Below, in pieces: positions 1-7,805 of a stretch of 64,000 nucleotides of DNA (positions within the stretch are counted from its first letter, which is position 1; each line of letters opens with the position of its first letter). The translations under genes and the position numbers were made by a program. The DNA lies in the NCBI GenBank assembly GCA_033977065.1, contig JAXCHI010000003.1, positions 512,001 through 576,000 on the forward strand, written 5' to 3'. This DNA is from Candidatus Algichlamydia australiensis (lineage in GTDB: Bacteria > Chlamydiota > Chlamydiia > Chlamydiales > JAJFMI01). Below the pieces are notes generated by a model. It was not told the DNA's origin, searched no databases, and saw only the letters and a list, made by a program, of their open reading frames with translations.

Positions 1-595
1 GGTTGTGCAGTGCAGCTTCGAGATACTGAGCGTTTTCACTCACGCCCCCTACAACAAGGCCAATATCGAGGAGACGGTCGTCGATAATTTCGCGATAAAG
101 AGGAGTGACATTGCCATTTTCGTCGTGTTTGAAGGCAAAGTCAAAATAACTTTCATAATTCCCTTTTTCGAAGTGAATCGGAATGTTGCGATGAATAAGA
201 ACTTTTTTGGAAAGGGAGTCGTGGTCGGCAAGGCTCAACTGTGCAGGGACAAAAGAGACCAAAGCGCCTGCGCGAGGGAGGTAGTTGCGGAAGCGTTTGG
301 CATCTTCGACGCTGACAAATTCAACATGGATAAGGTCAGGATTTTCTTTATCCAGGGAGACGCTCTTTGTCTTTGTGCCAAGCAATTTGTTGAAAGAGGC
401 AATCCATTCGAGAGACTCCTCTTCTAACCGATTGACTCTTTGCATTGAAGAGAGAGCGACCTCTTTGGCCTGCTTCGGTCCAATCGCTTGATTCAAAGGT
501 TTTGTATAAAAGAAAAGGGTAGGAAGGATATTCCACACTGTGAGCCCGATCACAGCACATATTACAACTAGGGGCCAACGTTTTAGCTTTTTCAT
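1..595 (-). CDS. secD: Protein translocase SecD/SecF (chlamydial fused form), N-terminal part, runs off the window edge
   Basis: Not in the ORF track. Manual translation from ATG 595 gives MKKLKRWPLVVICAVIGLTVWNILPTLFFYTKPLNQAIG..., open to position 1. It resembles the chlamydial SecDF N-terminus and is divergent from uppS-cdsA-cmk as in Chlamydia. Confidence 0.75.
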   Translation of the reverse strand, partial: MKKLKRWPLVVICAVIGLTVWNILPTLFFYTKPLNQAIGPKQAKEVALSSMQRVNRLEEESLEWIASFNKLLGTKTKSVSLDKENPDLIHVEFVSVEDAKRFRNYLPRAGALVSFVPAQLSLADHDSLSKKVLIHRNIPIHFEKGNYESYFDFAFKHDENGNVTPLYREIIDDRLLDIGLVVGGVSENAQYLEAALHN

Positions 596-666
596 AATGA
601 TACAATCATAACCCTCTTAGGATCATTCTGTCCAGAAAATTTCCTCTATGGTATATTCGATGAGAC

Positions 667-1344
667 ATGGTTCCACAACATATCGCAATCATCATGGATG
701 GAAACCGACGTTTTGCAAAAAACAGAGGAATTCCGGTTAAAGAGGGCCATCGCCTGGGTGGTGAGCAGTTAGAAATTATTACAGATGCTGCCGTAGACTT
801 GGGGGTAAAAACGCTTACAGTTTACGGATTTTCAACAGAAAATTGGCGACGACCCGCTTTAGAAGTAAAAGTTTTAATGAATTTAGTTGAAAATTTTCTT
901 AAGAGCAAACGCGCAAGCATGGTGGAGCGTGGTGTCTGCTTCAATGTGATTGGAGATTTGTCAAAACTAAATAAAAATTTGCTTTCAGAAATTGCTTTAA
1001 CCCAAGAGGCGACAAAGGGGTGCAATCGGATTAATTTAGTGGTAGGATTAAATTATGGGGCACGTGACGAAATTGTGCGTGCTGCAAAAAAGATGGCCGA
1101 GAAAATTCCGGCAAAAGATTTCTGCGAGGAGGCGCTTTCCGCCTCTTTAGATACTGCTCCTTGGGGGGATCCCGATCTGCTCATCAGACCAGGAGGAGAG
1201 ATGCGGTTAAGTAATTTTTTACTTTGGCAGATGAGCTACGCAGAAATCTACGTTACGGATCGACTCTGGCCAGAGTTTGGAGTAGATGAATTAAAAAAAG
1301 CGGTGCACGCCTACAGTTTGCGTGACCGTAGAGGAGGAGAGTAA
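667..1344 (+). CDS. uppS: Undecaprenyl diphosphate synthase
   Basis: PQHIAIIMDGNRR, FSTENWRR, DPDLLIRPGGEMRLSNFLLWQ motifs. Confidence 0.97.
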   Translation: MVPQHIAIIMDGNRRFAKNRGIPVKEGHRLGGEQLEIITDAAVDLGVKTLTVYGFSTENWRRPALEVKVLMNLVENFLKSKRASMVERGVCFNVIGDLSKLNKNLLSEIALTQEATKGCNRINLVVGLNYGARDEIVRAAKKMAEKIPAKDFCEEALSASLDTAPWGDPDLLIRPGGEMRLSNFLLWQMSYAEIYVTDRLWPEFGVDELKKAVHAYSLRDRRGGE

Positions 1345-2173
1345 ATTGCGCTTTGCAGATTTAAAAAAACGTCTTACAACAAGTGCTGTTGCCATTGGGG
1401 CAATTGCGCTGATTCTCTTTCTCTCTGAATACCTTTTTATCAAAATTCTTGTTGCCCTTCTTCTCGCTCTTTTAAGCGCAACAGCAGTAATTGAGTACTC
1501 CCATTTTTTGGAGAAGAAAGGTGTTGTCTTGCCCAAACGTCCCCTCGTGATTTTTGCAGCTCTATTGACACTCTCTTTTTCCCTACCTTTACAAGCAGCC
1601 CCTTTGATTATGGCGGTGTTACTGATTTTTTGCATATTTTGCATGCAGATGAAAAAAGTTCATGGATCGATCGTTCGTATCGCAACAAGTTTTTTTGCTC
1701 TTTTCTACATCTGCGTGCCTTTGGGGCTTCTCTTTCGGATTCTTTATCCTGGAGGAGGGCTTGGCCCACTAGGAAACGGGCCTTTCTGGTTGCTCTACCT
1801 CCTAGCGGTTACAAAAATTACCGACATTGCCGCTTACTTTGGCGGGAAGATTTTGGGGAGACGCAAGTTAGCTTCTAATATTTCACCTGGAAAAACAGTT
1901 GAGGGAACAGTTGTCGGAGTCTCTGCTGCCATTTTGTTGAGCGTGCTCTTCTCTTTTTATTCTGACGCACTTCCCTTGATTTCAGCGTTAGTGCTTGGAC
2001 TTTTTATTGGAACTTTTGGTGTTTTAGGAGATCTTGCCGAATCGCTCTTAAAGCGAGATGCTAAAGTAAAAGATAGCAACCGGCTTCCTGGACTTGGTGG
2101 TGCGCTTGATATGGTGGATGCACTTCTGTTCACAACACCCCTCTTTTATGTCGTGATGGGGTACATCACATGA
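1322..2173 (+). CDS. cdsA: Phosphatidate cytidylyltransferase (start may be TTG near 1346)
   Basis: Multi-TM protein with SPGKTVEG and GDLAESLLKRDAKVKDS...GGALDMVD motifs. Confidence 0.95.
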   Translation: MTVEEESKLRFADLKKRLTTSAVAIGAIALILFLSEYLFIKILVALLLALLSATAVIEYSHFLEKKGVVLPKRPLVIFAALLTLSFSLPLQAAPLIMAVLLIFCIFCMQMKKVHGSIVRIATSFFALFYICVPLGLLFRILYPGGGLGPLGNGPFWLLYLLAVTKITDIAAYFGGKILGRRKLASNISPGKTVEGTVVGVSAAILLSVLFSFYSDALPLISALVLGLFIGTFGVLGDLAESLLKRDAKVKDSNRLPGLGGALDMVDALLFTTPLFYVVMGYIT

Positions 2174-3489
2174 TCATAACGATTGATGGTCCCTCTGGTA
2201 CGGGAAAATCAACAGTTGCTAAGAGGCTTGCAAAAGCGCTTGGGTTTATTCATGTAGATTCTGGAGCTATCTATCGTTCACTCGCCTGGTTTTTACGAGA
2301 TAAGAAGATAGATTCTACGGACGTTGCTGGAATTGAGCAGCAGTTAGAAAATTTTGTTTACCATACAGAAAATGAACGCTTTTTTGTAGGGGAAACAGAG
2401 GTGACAGCGGAGATTCGCACACCAGAGATTACAAAAATCTCTTCAGAAATTTCTAAATATAAAATTGTGAGACAGAAGCTCTACACAATCCAGCGCTCCT
2501 ATGCCCATAAAAATGCAGTTTTTGAGGGCCGTGACTTGGGGAGTGTGGTCTTTCCCGATGCTGATCTAAAGTTTTACCTTACCGCTACATCTGCTATTCG
2601 AGCAAAACGGCGCTTTAAAGAGCTGAAGCAAAAATTTCCAGATCAGACATTTACGCTTAAGCAGGTTGAGAAAGAGATTAGAGAGCGTGACTATGTCGAT
2701 TCGACGCGAAAAATTGCCCCACTTAAGTGTCCAGCAGATGCAAAAGTTCTCGATACATCCCATCTCACTTCTGACAAAGTGTTAAAGCGCGCGATCAAAG
2801 CGTATCGAAAAGTCATTGAGTCGCGTCGTAGTTATTGCGCACCTTACATGGGACTCTTCTACCGCATCGTAATTTTCATTGTGTACCACTTTTTTCGCAT
2901 TTTTTATCGCCACAAAATTTACGGTCTAGAACACTACTTCAAAGGGGGGGCGATTATTGCTCCCAACCACGTCTCTTTTTATGATCCTATGATTGTGCCT
3001 GTCTCTTGGCCGGAAGAAGTAAACTTTCTTGCGCGCTCTACACTCTTTCACAATCGTCTGCTTGGGCATTTCTTGCGTAAAGTGGGATCGCACCCCATCA
3101 AAAGAAACGCAGGGAATACAGAGGTCATCAAGCGAGTGGAAGAGCTGCTAAAAAACGGAAAAAAAGTTGTTCTTTTTCCAGAGGGCACGCGAGCTAAAGA
3201 GAATGTCTTACAAGATATTAAACCCGGAATCGCTCTAATCGTTGTGCGCACACAATCGGCAATTGTTCCGACCTACGTTGCGGGTACATTCGAAGTCTTT
3301 GGCCGAGAAAGACGTTTTCCAAAACTTTTTGGAAAAACTGCCTGTGTTTTTGGATCGGCAATCCACTACGAGGATTACGCCTCCATGCCAAAAAAACAGG
3401 CAATGGAAGAGATCACAAAAAAACTAAAGTCTGCAATGCAAGAGCTGCGCACTTGGTATGAATCAGGTGCAAAAGGCTCTCCTCCCTAA
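2170..3489 (+). CDS. cmk: Fused cytidylate kinase / 1-acyl-sn-glycerol-3-phosphate acyltransferase (Cmk-PlsC)
   Basis: N-terminal ITIDGPSGTGKST, DSGAIYR, EGRDLGSVVFPDA; C-terminal NHVSFYD (HX4D) and FPEGTR; single open frame. Confidence 0.93.
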   Translation: MIITIDGPSGTGKSTVAKRLAKALGFIHVDSGAIYRSLAWFLRDKKIDSTDVAGIEQQLENFVYHTENERFFVGETEVTAEIRTPEITKISSEISKYKIVRQKLYTIQRSYAHKNAVFEGRDLGSVVFPDADLKFYLTATSAIRAKRRFKELKQKFPDQTFTLKQVEKEIRERDYVDSTRKIAPLKCPADAKVLDTSHLTSDKVLKRAIKAYRKVIESRRSYCAPYMGLFYRIVIFIVYHFFRIFYRHKIYGLEHYFKGGAIIAPNHVSFYDPMIVPVSWPEEVNFLARSTLFHNRLLGHFLRKVGSHPIKRNAGNTEVIKRVEELLKNGKKVVLFPEGTRAKENVLQDIKPGIALIVVRTQSAIVPTYVAGTFEVFGRERRFPKLFGKTACVFGSAIHYEDYASMPKKQAMEEITKKLKSAMQELRTWYESGAKGSPP

Positions 3490-3492
3490 CAG

Positions 3493-3647
3493 CTCAGTAC
3501 TGGACAAAAATTTCACTAATGGGAGAGCTGCACCTTCATCAAATCGATTCTCCTCCTTATTCATAGCGCCATGGGCTATGGATTCGTCGCTCGAATCGCT
3601 GCCGCTTCGATTTGCTCCCCTTGGCAAAATTTTTGTCCATTACTGAG
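3493..3647. mobile_element. MITE-like palindromic element with 9-bp target-site duplication
   Basis: Ends CTCAGTAcTGGACAAAAATTT / AAATTTTTGTCCAtTACTGAG; CCCTAACAG repeated at 3484-3492 and 3648-3656. Confidence 0.75.
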
Positions 3648-3809
3648 CCCTAACAGAAAACTCTAAGCACAAACAAGAAAACTTTACTTTAAATTCATTA
3701 AATATTAAATTCTTCCAAAAGGTAATTAAAAGCTTGAATAAAAATACACCAATTTAGGTGTATTTCAAGCTGCTTTTTGCAAAAATATTACAAAATAGAG
3801 GTAAGGAAA

Positions 3810-4322
3810 TTGGGAACAGCTAGCGTTGGTTCAAAAGTTCAATTTGTAAATCTCAATGAAAATTGTTCCCAGCTTTTTCCTCTCTTTAAGGCTGGATTTG
3901 AACGAGTTGTTGGGGATCTTTATACCAACACTGCCGACTACTTGAGTCGTGTGGAAAGGGGGCGGTATGAGTGTTGGCTGTTGCAGGTAGAAGCAGAATT
4001 TGTAGCAACTGTCGTTCATGAGAGGGGTTTTATCGAAGAGTACAGAGGAGCAACAATACCCCCAAAAAGTATAGGAATAAAAACTCTGATTGTGTTTGAT
4101 CCCGATAAGAATCGAAAAAAAGGTTACGGAACTCGCCTTTTAGATAAAGTTTTAGAGTATGCAAGAGCAAACCTTGCTAACGGGGTTCATGTAACAGTGT
4201 CTGAAAAGGCTGAAAGTGCTTGTGGATTTTTTGCAAAAAAAGGATTTGAACCCCTGCATGTATGGGAAAATTTTGAACTTCGTGCTCAGGGAGAAGAATA
4301 CCTGTACTATTTAAACCTGTAA
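3810..4322 (+). CDS. GNAT-family N-acetyltransferase (ORF track start 3777; TTG 3810 follows a GAGGTAAGGA RBS)
   Basis: Acetyl-CoA motif A RKKGYGTRLL; VHVTVSE...FFAKKGF. Confidence 0.85.
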   Translation: MGTASVGSKVQFVNLNENCSQLFPLFKAGFERVVGDLYTNTADYLSRVERGRYECWLLQVEAEFVATVVHERGFIEEYRGATIPPKSIGIKTLIVFDPDKNRKKGYGTRLLDKVLEYARANLANGVHVTVSEKAESACGFFAKKGFEPLHVWENFELRAQGEEYLYYLNL

Positions 4323-4347
4323 AAAAAATTAGTTAAAGGAGACAAAA

Positions 4348-5208
4348 ATGCACAGCGTAAAACAAGAACCATTGGATGCAAAAGGCTGGATGCAAACTCA
4401 GATTACTGGAAAGCGCCCAGCTCCAGATTATCCAGGTACTGAAAAAGCAGCTGCTAGCTACGAAAGTCTGCGTTCAGATTCTTGTAAAAAAGTGAGAAGG
4501 ATTGCTAGTCTTTCACAAAAAACGTCTGTTGATTGCGTAGACTTAAAGGTCTCAAAAGAGATGTTTATTAGAATTCAGACAGGTGTGGAGGTCTTTGGCA
4601 GTATCTTTAAAGGTCCAATTCGAAGCGTGCGTCCTGATAATTTAATCCGCTTCCGTAATAAGAAGGGAGAATCGGTACTGTGCAGAGTGGAGACAGTAAG
4701 AAAAATTTTTATGCTCGATCAAATACCCAAGCTATTTGAAGGTAAAAATTATGCGATTCAAGTTGGGGATTTTGCCGATTCTAAAAAGCTGTTTCTAGAA
4801 AACCAGAAGACTTTTGGAGCTATTGCTGTTCAATTTAAAATAGAGTCTCCATGTGAGCATGAGTTGCTTCTACAAGAGGGTTACTACCATGATATTAAAA
4901 ACGGAGATAAAAAAGTTGAAGGAAGGCTCTTTAACGAAGAAAGATTTGGAAAAGTAAAACCTGGGGATCTCCTCTCTTTTCGAATAACCCCAGATACGCC
5001 TGATAAAAAGCCTTTAAAGTGCAGAATTAAGCGAATAGCTAGATATGAATCTTTTATGGCGTACTTAATGGAAGAAAAATTGATTCACTGTTTGCCTAGA
5101 ACAAAGACTTTAAAGGAGGGAGTAGAAATTTATCGCTCTTTTCCAGGGTATAGAGATGGGGAGCAAAAGTATGGTGTAATTTGTTTTGAAATAGAGCTTT
5201 TGAAGTGA
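4348..5208 (+). CDS. ASCH-domain protein (degenerate N-terminal ASCH plus intact C-terminal ASCH)
   Basis: YYHDIKNGDKKVEGR (GxKxxExR), VKPGDLLSF, YESF, EQKYGVICFEI; AAGGAG RBS. Confidence 0.85.
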   Translation: MHSVKQEPLDAKGWMQTQITGKRPAPDYPGTEKAAASYESLRSDSCKKVRRIASLSQKTSVDCVDLKVSKEMFIRIQTGVEVFGSIFKGPIRSVRPDNLIRFRNKKGESVLCRVETVRKIFMLDQIPKLFEGKNYAIQVGDFADSKKLFLENQKTFGAIAVQFKIESPCEHELLLQEGYYHDIKNGDKKVEGRLFNEERFGKVKPGDLLSFRITPDTPDKKPLKCRIKRIARYESFMAYLMEEKLIHCLPRTKTLKEGVEIYRSFPGYRDGEQKYGVICFEIELLK

Positions 5209-5245
5209 AATTCGCCTTTCGGTTATCATCTGTAGAAAAGGAGTA

Positions 5246-5557
5246 GTGCACGTGGAGCATATTGACGAACAAAATTTTGAAGAGATGACGAAGAAGGGCC
5301 TTGTGCTCGTGGATTTTTTTGCTGATTGGTGCGGTCCTTGTAAGATGCTCACACCTGTGCTTGAAGAGGTGGCTGCAGAGATGGAGGGTAAAGCAATTAT
5401 TGCAAAATTAGATATTGATAAGTCCCAGGCAATCGCAAGCAAATTTCAAGTCACTTCTGTACCGACTTTGATTCTTTTTAAGGATGGTGCTGAAGTGGGA
5501 AGGCTCGTCGGCTTGCGCGATGCGCCTGCAATTAAAGAATTTATTCAAAACGCTTAG
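5246..5557 (+). CDS. trxA: Thioredoxin
   Basis: WCGPC active site. Confidence 0.98.
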   Translation: MHVEHIDEQNFEEMTKKGLVLVDFFADWCGPCKMLTPVLEEVAAEMEGKAIIAKLDIDKSQAIASKFQVTSVPTLILFKDGAEVGRLVGLRDAPAIKEFIQNA

Positions 5558-5560
5558 GTT

Positions 5561-5773
5561 GTGAGTCGAATTTTTATTATGTTGGGGATTTTGCTGGCAA
5601 CAGTTGGAATCCTCATCCATTTTGGAGTTCCTTTTTCCTGGCTGGGCAATTTACCAGGCGACCTTCGCTACAAAAGCGGCAGCATCAACTTTTTTTTCCC
5701 CATCACAACTTCGATCATTATTAGTTTTTTTCTAACGCTTGTGATTTCTTGCTGTCTCTATCGCAGGAGCTAG
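5561..5773 (+). CDS. Small membrane protein, DUF2905-like
   Basis: WLGNLPGDLR...FFFPITTSIIIS pattern, two TM segments. Confidence 0.8.
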   Translation: MSRIFIMLGILLATVGILIHFGVPFSWLGNLPGDLRYKSGSINFFFPITTSIIISFFLTLVISCCLYRRS

Positions 5774-5803
5774 CGCTCTGTAAATCAAAAATTATTGCAC
5801 GCG

Positions 5804-6265
5804 TTAATCCCCAGTATGGTAGATTAAAGCCTCTTTAGCTCCTGGAAGTATTGGATAGTTTTGGACTGCATCAAGAGGTTTTTTCCATACAAAATCATCA
5901 TGTTCATCAGAAATAATTACACTCGGAAAGTTTTTAAGAAGAATTTGAAAGGGATAGGAAATGTAATTAATACCAGGCTTTACTATGTAAAGTTTATTTA
6001 AGGGTTTGATTTCAGTAGTATTTAGTATTTCAATGCCAGTTTCTTCCTTCAGTTCACGTTTTAAAGCTTCAAATGCAGTTTCCCCATTTTCTATTTTTCC
6101 ACCAGGTACGCTCCAAAAAGAACCTTTGTTGGCGGTATATTTCATAAAAAGCAAGCGTTCTTGTACTTTTACATATGCAGCTACAATTTCTATTGAATGG
6201 GTAAAATCCTTCGGACGTTTTTCGAAAATTGAAATAGATTCACTATTCTGTGCTTGAAGATTCAT
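5804..6265 (-). CDS. NUDIX hydrolase
   Basis: Nudix box GGKIENGETAFEALKRELKEETG. Confidence 0.92.
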   Translation of the reverse strand: MNLQAQNSESISIFEKRPKDFTHSIEIVAAYVKVQERLLFMKYTANKGSFWSVPGGKIENGETAFEALKRELKEETGIEILNTTEIKPLNKLYIVKPGINYISYPFQILLKNFPSVIISDEHDDFVWKKPLDAVQNYPILPGAKEALIYHTGD

Positions 6266-6409
6266 GAGCTATATAATACATTAAAACCTAGATTATTTCG
6301 AGTTTTTTCTCTATGATGTCTGTGTTAAAATGAAAATTAAACTATTGAATATTAATTCAAAAGAACTGTATTGGATTAATTTTGATTTTTGTTTGAAAAT
6401 TAAAATTGT

Positions 6410-6862
6410 TTATAAGGTTCTAAATCCCATTTGACGCCACGCTTCATATATGACAATAGCAACGCTATTGGAAAGATTTAAGGAGCGTGTTCCTTCTACC
6501 ATTGGGATCGTATAAAAGTTTTCACTATAAGTGTCGTGATAGAATTGAGGAAGGCCTTCTGTCTCACTTCCAAAAATCAGAAGATCATTGGGACTGTATT
6601 CAACGTCTGTATAGAGTTTTTTTCCTTTTGTAGAAAAGAAGAGGGGCCGACAGCTCGTTTTTTTTATATGCTCGTTGAGATTATCTGTGTAGCGAACGTC
6701 TACTCCTAGCCAGTAATCAAGGCCGGCGCGCTTTAGCATCCGGTCAGAAGTGGAAAATCCAAGTGGATGAACAAGGGTCAGAGAGTTACCAGTGACTTTA
6801 CAGGTGCGAACGATATTGCCCGCATTGGCGGGCATTTTGGGCTCAAAAAGGATGACTTCCAG
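6410..6862 (-). CDS. trmL: tRNA (cytidine/uridine-2'-O)-methyltransferase TrmL/SpoU family (start extended upstream of ATG 6835)
   Basis: [38 protein letters not shown]; the conserved first strand LEVILFEPK lies upstream of ATG 6835. Confidence 0.93.
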   Translation of the reverse strand: MEVILFEPKMPANAGNIVRTCKVTGNSLTLVHPLGFSTSDRMLKRAGLDYWLGVDVRYTDNLNEHIKKTSCRPLFFSTKGKKLYTDVEYSPNDLLIFGSETEGLPQFYHDTYSENFYTIPMVEGTRSLNLSNSVAIVIYEAWRQMGFRTL

Positions 6863-6867
6863 AGGGT

Positions 6868-7614
6868 TTATCTTAGATCTTTTGAAGATTTTTCGTCTGG
6901 TATTGCAATTTCACTCTCTTTCTCTTGCTCTCCAGTATGGATATTGGAGTAGAGAGACTCCGACTCTTCGACAACAGAGTTCGCTTTTACCACTTCAATC
7001 TCAAACGTAAGAAGAGAGTTGGGAGGGAGGTAGCCAGAGGCGCCGTAGCCCATATCTGGGTGGATGTAGAGAGTGCGCTTTTCGCCCTCTTTCATCCCTA
7101 CAATCCCTTTGCTAAAGCCTCGAATGGTCTCATCAAGAGTGATCATCTCCTCTTCTGTTGATGCACCAAATACGCTGCCATCTAAAAACTTTCCTGTATA
7201 TTTGATAACGGGTGCAAAGTGTGCCTGTACTTCTGCTCCGGTTCCTTCTTTGTCTACATGGTAGTGAAGTCTCTCTTTTTCAATCGCAACAATGCCTTTT
7301 TCTAAAGCGTTTTTTGCCATGAATTCGTTAGCTTTTGCTAAATTTTCATCTGCTTGCTTTTGGAATGCGCTCTCTTGAGCCTGCGAAATGGCAGCAACGC
7401 ACTCTGTTTCACTTAAAGGAGATTCTTTGCCTGCTACAGCATCTTGAATGCCTTGCAAAATCGAGTCCATATCAAAATCAAAACCAAGGGCACCTAAATT
7501 CTGTCCGATCATATGACCGAAAGCTTTAGAGACTTGGTTCATATCTGCTTTCTCATTTTCAGCGTGAAGAGAAAGAGAAAGAAGAAGGGCAAAGAGAATA
7601 AATGTTTTTTTCAT
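6868..7614 (-). CDS. mip: FKBP-type peptidyl-prolyl isomerase Mip
   Basis: Signal peptide, [43 protein letters not shown]; syntenic with aspS. Confidence 0.95.
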   Translation of the reverse strand: MKKTFILFALLLSLSLHAENEKADMNQVSKAFGHMIGQNLGALGFDFDMDSILQGIQDAVAGKESPLSETECVAAISQAQESAFQKQADENLAKANEFMAKNALEKGIVAIEKERLHYHVDKEGTGAEVQAHFAPVIKYTGKFLDGSVFGASTEEEMITLDETIRGFSKGIVGMKEGEKRTLYIHPDMGYGASGYLPPNSLLTFEIEVVKANSVVEESESLYSNIHTGEQEKESEIAIPDEKSSKDLR

Positions 7615-7637
7615 ATTTCTACCAATTAGTTTTATAA

Positions 7638-7798
7638 AGAAGCCCTGAACAACTCATCCACCGATCCCGTGGCTCAAAAGTTCCAGAAAAAAATTTTTTC
7701 AATTTCCAATAACTGTATCCAGTTATTTAGGGTCTACAGACAACCTTTTTTAGAATTTTCGGCTCGACCTATCGGCACAGCAGTGGTTCAGTGTTTCC
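7638..7798. repeat. Degenerate long inverted-repeat element flanked by TAA
   Basis: Core AATAACTG-tatc-CAGTTATT (7708-7727); outer arms AGAAGCCCTGAACAACT / AGTGGTTCAGTGTTTCC; TAA on both sides. Confidence 0.55.
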
Positions 7799-7805
7799 TA
7801 AGTAA

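Noticed and set aside
5..605. ORF-track calls 5..427(+), 49..231(-), 285..491(+) and 348..605(-)
   Set aside because: Shadow frames of the SecDF N-terminus (minus strand from 595), which the track missed because it has no stop in the window
3458..3646. 62-aa ORF after cmk-plsC
   Set aside because: Coincides with the palindromic element; no RBS or protein features
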